DNA from: Hypanus sabinus | Taxonomy: Eukaryota | Assembly (NCBI RefSeq): GCF_030144855.1 | Contig: NC_082706.1 | Coordinates: forward strand, 106,578,001-106,642,000 | DNA: 64,000 nucleotides | Reading direction: 5' to 3' | Shown here: positions 61,501-64,000 of the stretch, in pieces | Layout: each line of letters begins with the position of its first letter | Numbering within the stretch: position 1 is the stretch's first letter | Translations under genes and position numbers: made by a program | Notes under the pieces: model-generated | What the model saw: the letters and a program-made list of their open reading frames with translations, nothing else | Database searches by the model: none | Told to the model about the DNA's origin: nothing

Positions 61501-64000
61501 GGATCTGACATTTAACCATGATGAAATAAACAAATCTTTTCAAGATTTTTATACCTCCCTCTATCATTCTGAATTCCCTCATGATTATAATATCATGTAT
61601 GATTTTCTTGGGAAATTGAATTTTCCAAAATTATCATCAGATGATCTTTCAATATTAGGAACTCCTATTACAGATGCAGAAATTAAAGGGGTTATTTCCT
61701 CTATGAATTCTGGGAAAGCACCAGGTCCAGATGGGTATACAGTAGAATTTTTAAAATGTTTTTCCTCTATTCTTTCCCCTTGGTTATGCAGGGTTTTTGA
61801 AGAAGCAATTAGATTGGGTAATCTGCCACAATCTTTTTATAGAGCTTCCATTTCTTTAATATTGAAGGAAGATAAAGACCCTACTGACTGTGCATTCTAT
61901 AGACCAATATCCTTATTGAATGTAAATTCCAAGATCTTTTCCACGTTACAGGCATCCAGGCTGGAGAAGATATTACCTCAAATTATCTTGGAAGATCAAA
62001 CTGGTTTTATTAAAAGTCGCTATTCTTTTTTTTCAATTTTAGGAGATTATTGAATATTGTTTATACTCCTTCACATAGCACTTCAGAATGTGTCATTTCA
62101 TTAGATGCGGAGAAAGCATTTGATAGAGTTGAATGGCCATACTTATTTACCGTGCTTGAGAAGTTTAATTTTAGTCCAACATTCATTTCCTGGATTAAAC
62201 TGATATATCATACTCCAGTAACCTCGGTTTTTACTAACAATCAAAGATCTCCCTTTTTTCGTTTATTTCGGGGTACTAGACAAGGCTGCCCTCTTAGTCC
62301 ATTATTATTTGATATTGCTTTAGAACCCTTGGCAATTGCTATCAGAGAATCACCAAACATTTTTGGCATTATTCGTAGGATGGTTATGCATAAGTTATCA
62401 TTATATGCAGATCATTTATTATTATTTATTTCTGATCCTGAGAAATCCATTCCTGCAGTTATATCATTCTCGGCTCAATTTAGTAATTTTTCCGGGTATA
62501 AATTAAATCTTAATAAGAGTGAATTGTTTCCTTTAAATAGACAGGTTCTAATTTATGGAAATTTACCTTTTAAATTAGTTAATGACTCTTCTATTTACTC
62601 AGGGATTAAAATCACAAAAAAATTATAAGGACTTATTTAAGGTTAAGTTTTTTACCCCTAATCGATCAGATTAAATGTTTGTTTACTAAATGGTCACCAT
62701 TATCTTTATCTCTGATAGGTCAGATTAATGCTATTAAGATGGTTATTTTACCCAAGTTTTTATTTATATTTCAAGCGGTACCAGTTTTTATTCTGAAAAC
62801 TTTTTTTGCTAATGTTGATTCAAAAATTTCCTCATATATATGGCAGAATAAAAATCCTAGATTAGGTAAACAGTATTTACAGAAGGCAAGGAAGGAAGGT
62901 GGATTGGCATTGCCTAATTTTAGATTTTATTATTGGGCAGTCAATATCCGATATTTGATATGTTGGTTAAGGGATTGGGATTTATCCTTTAGCCCTCATT
63001 GGGTGAACCTGGAAATTAAATCTGTACAAGGATTTTCATTGGGTTCTATTTTAGGGTCTTCTCTTCCCTTTGCTCTGTCTAAATTGCAGAAACGAATTGA
63101 CAATCCGAAAGTTAAACACACCTTACGTATATGGTTTCAATTTTGGAAAATTTTTGGGTTGACTCAGTTTGATTTAAATATTCCGATTGTATCCAATTGC
63201 TTTTTTTTATCCTTCTATAATAGACCAAGCTTATTCAGCTTGGAAGACTAAAGGATTACTACGATTTTCCGATTTATTTTTGGATAATTGTTTTATGTCT
63301 TTTGAACAATTATCTAATAAATATAATTTGCCTAGATTTCATTTTTTTAGATATTTACAGATTAGGAATTTCTTAAATACTGTACTTCCTACCTTTCCAA
63401 ATCTTGTGTATTCCGGTATTTTGGAGAATTTGCTAGAACTAAATCCTTCTCAGAAAGGGGTAATATCAAAACTCTACAATATAATTATGAAGATACATTC
63501 AGAGACCTTCTATAAGATTAAAAGTGATTGGGAAAGAGAACTATTGAGAATTGGGATAAAATTCTTCAATTAGTTAATTCATCATCTATATGTGCTAAAT
63601 ATTCATTAATACAGTTTAAATTTGTGCACAGGGCTCATATGTCCAAGGATAAATTGGCTCATTTTTATTCCTATATAAACCCTATTTGTGACAGATGTCA
63701 TTCTGAGGGAGCGTCTTTAACTCATATGTTTTGGTCTTGTCCGCTTTTGAAAAAATATTGGAAAGACTATTTGATATTATTTCCACAGTATTAAACATTC
63801 ATTTACAACCTTATCCTAATACTACAATTTTTGGTTTACCAATGATGGGCTCAGTCCATTTATCCTCTTCTGCTTGTCAAATGATTGCATTTCTTACATT
63901 AATGGCTAGAAGATCTATTTTGTTGAATTGGAAGGAAATTAATCCTCCTACTGTATTTCATTGGTTTTCTCAAACTATGTTATGTCTAAATTTAGAAAAC
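58548..64000 (+). mobile_element. L1-clade LINE, 5'-complete, runs off the window; ORF1 ~58719-59571, T-rich spacer, ORF2 from 60315 (frameshifted)
   Basis: ORF1 coiled-coil + ENRSRRQNLRILGLPE + DRAHR; ORF2 WNTNGL..QETH, GGDFNC, SRIDYF..SDH, GKAPGPDG, YRPISLLN, DAEKAFD, GTRQGCPLSP, LYAD, CDRC..HMFWSC. Confidence 0.92.

Overview
Eukaryotic (cartilaginous fish, probably ray/skate-type; inferred from the CR1/V-SINE/L1 repeat content) genomic DNA carrying a tandem array of four apparently intact T-cell-receptor V gene segments, most likely TRGV. Each has a 40-bp leader exon, an 84-bp intron, a 300-bp V exon ending YYCAYWD and a 23-bp-spacer RSS. They sit in ~10.8-kb segmentally duplicated units (ATGs at 11114, 31591, 42413, 53598); a fifth unit begins before the window ends. 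No J or C segment was found. The spacers are nested mobile DNA: several CR1 LINEs (at least three near full length), Rex1/Babar-like fragments, V-SINEs, three unit-specific solo LTRs, an L1 and a very young class-I-like endogenous retrovirus (15931-21671, tRNA-Pro PBS, LTRs differing at 1 of 414 aligned bases by eye). The most unusual observations are: (i) the provirus has one normal end and one end clipped by 16 bp and is flanked by a 20-bp duplication, not a normal 4-6-bp target-site duplication; (ii) an in-frame internal deletion fuses Gag directly to catalytically intact RT-RNaseH-IN in a 1314-codon frame; (iii) the four V genes are patchwork mosaics with invariant CDR1 but shuffled CDR2/HV4 blocks. 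All comparisons were made by eye.
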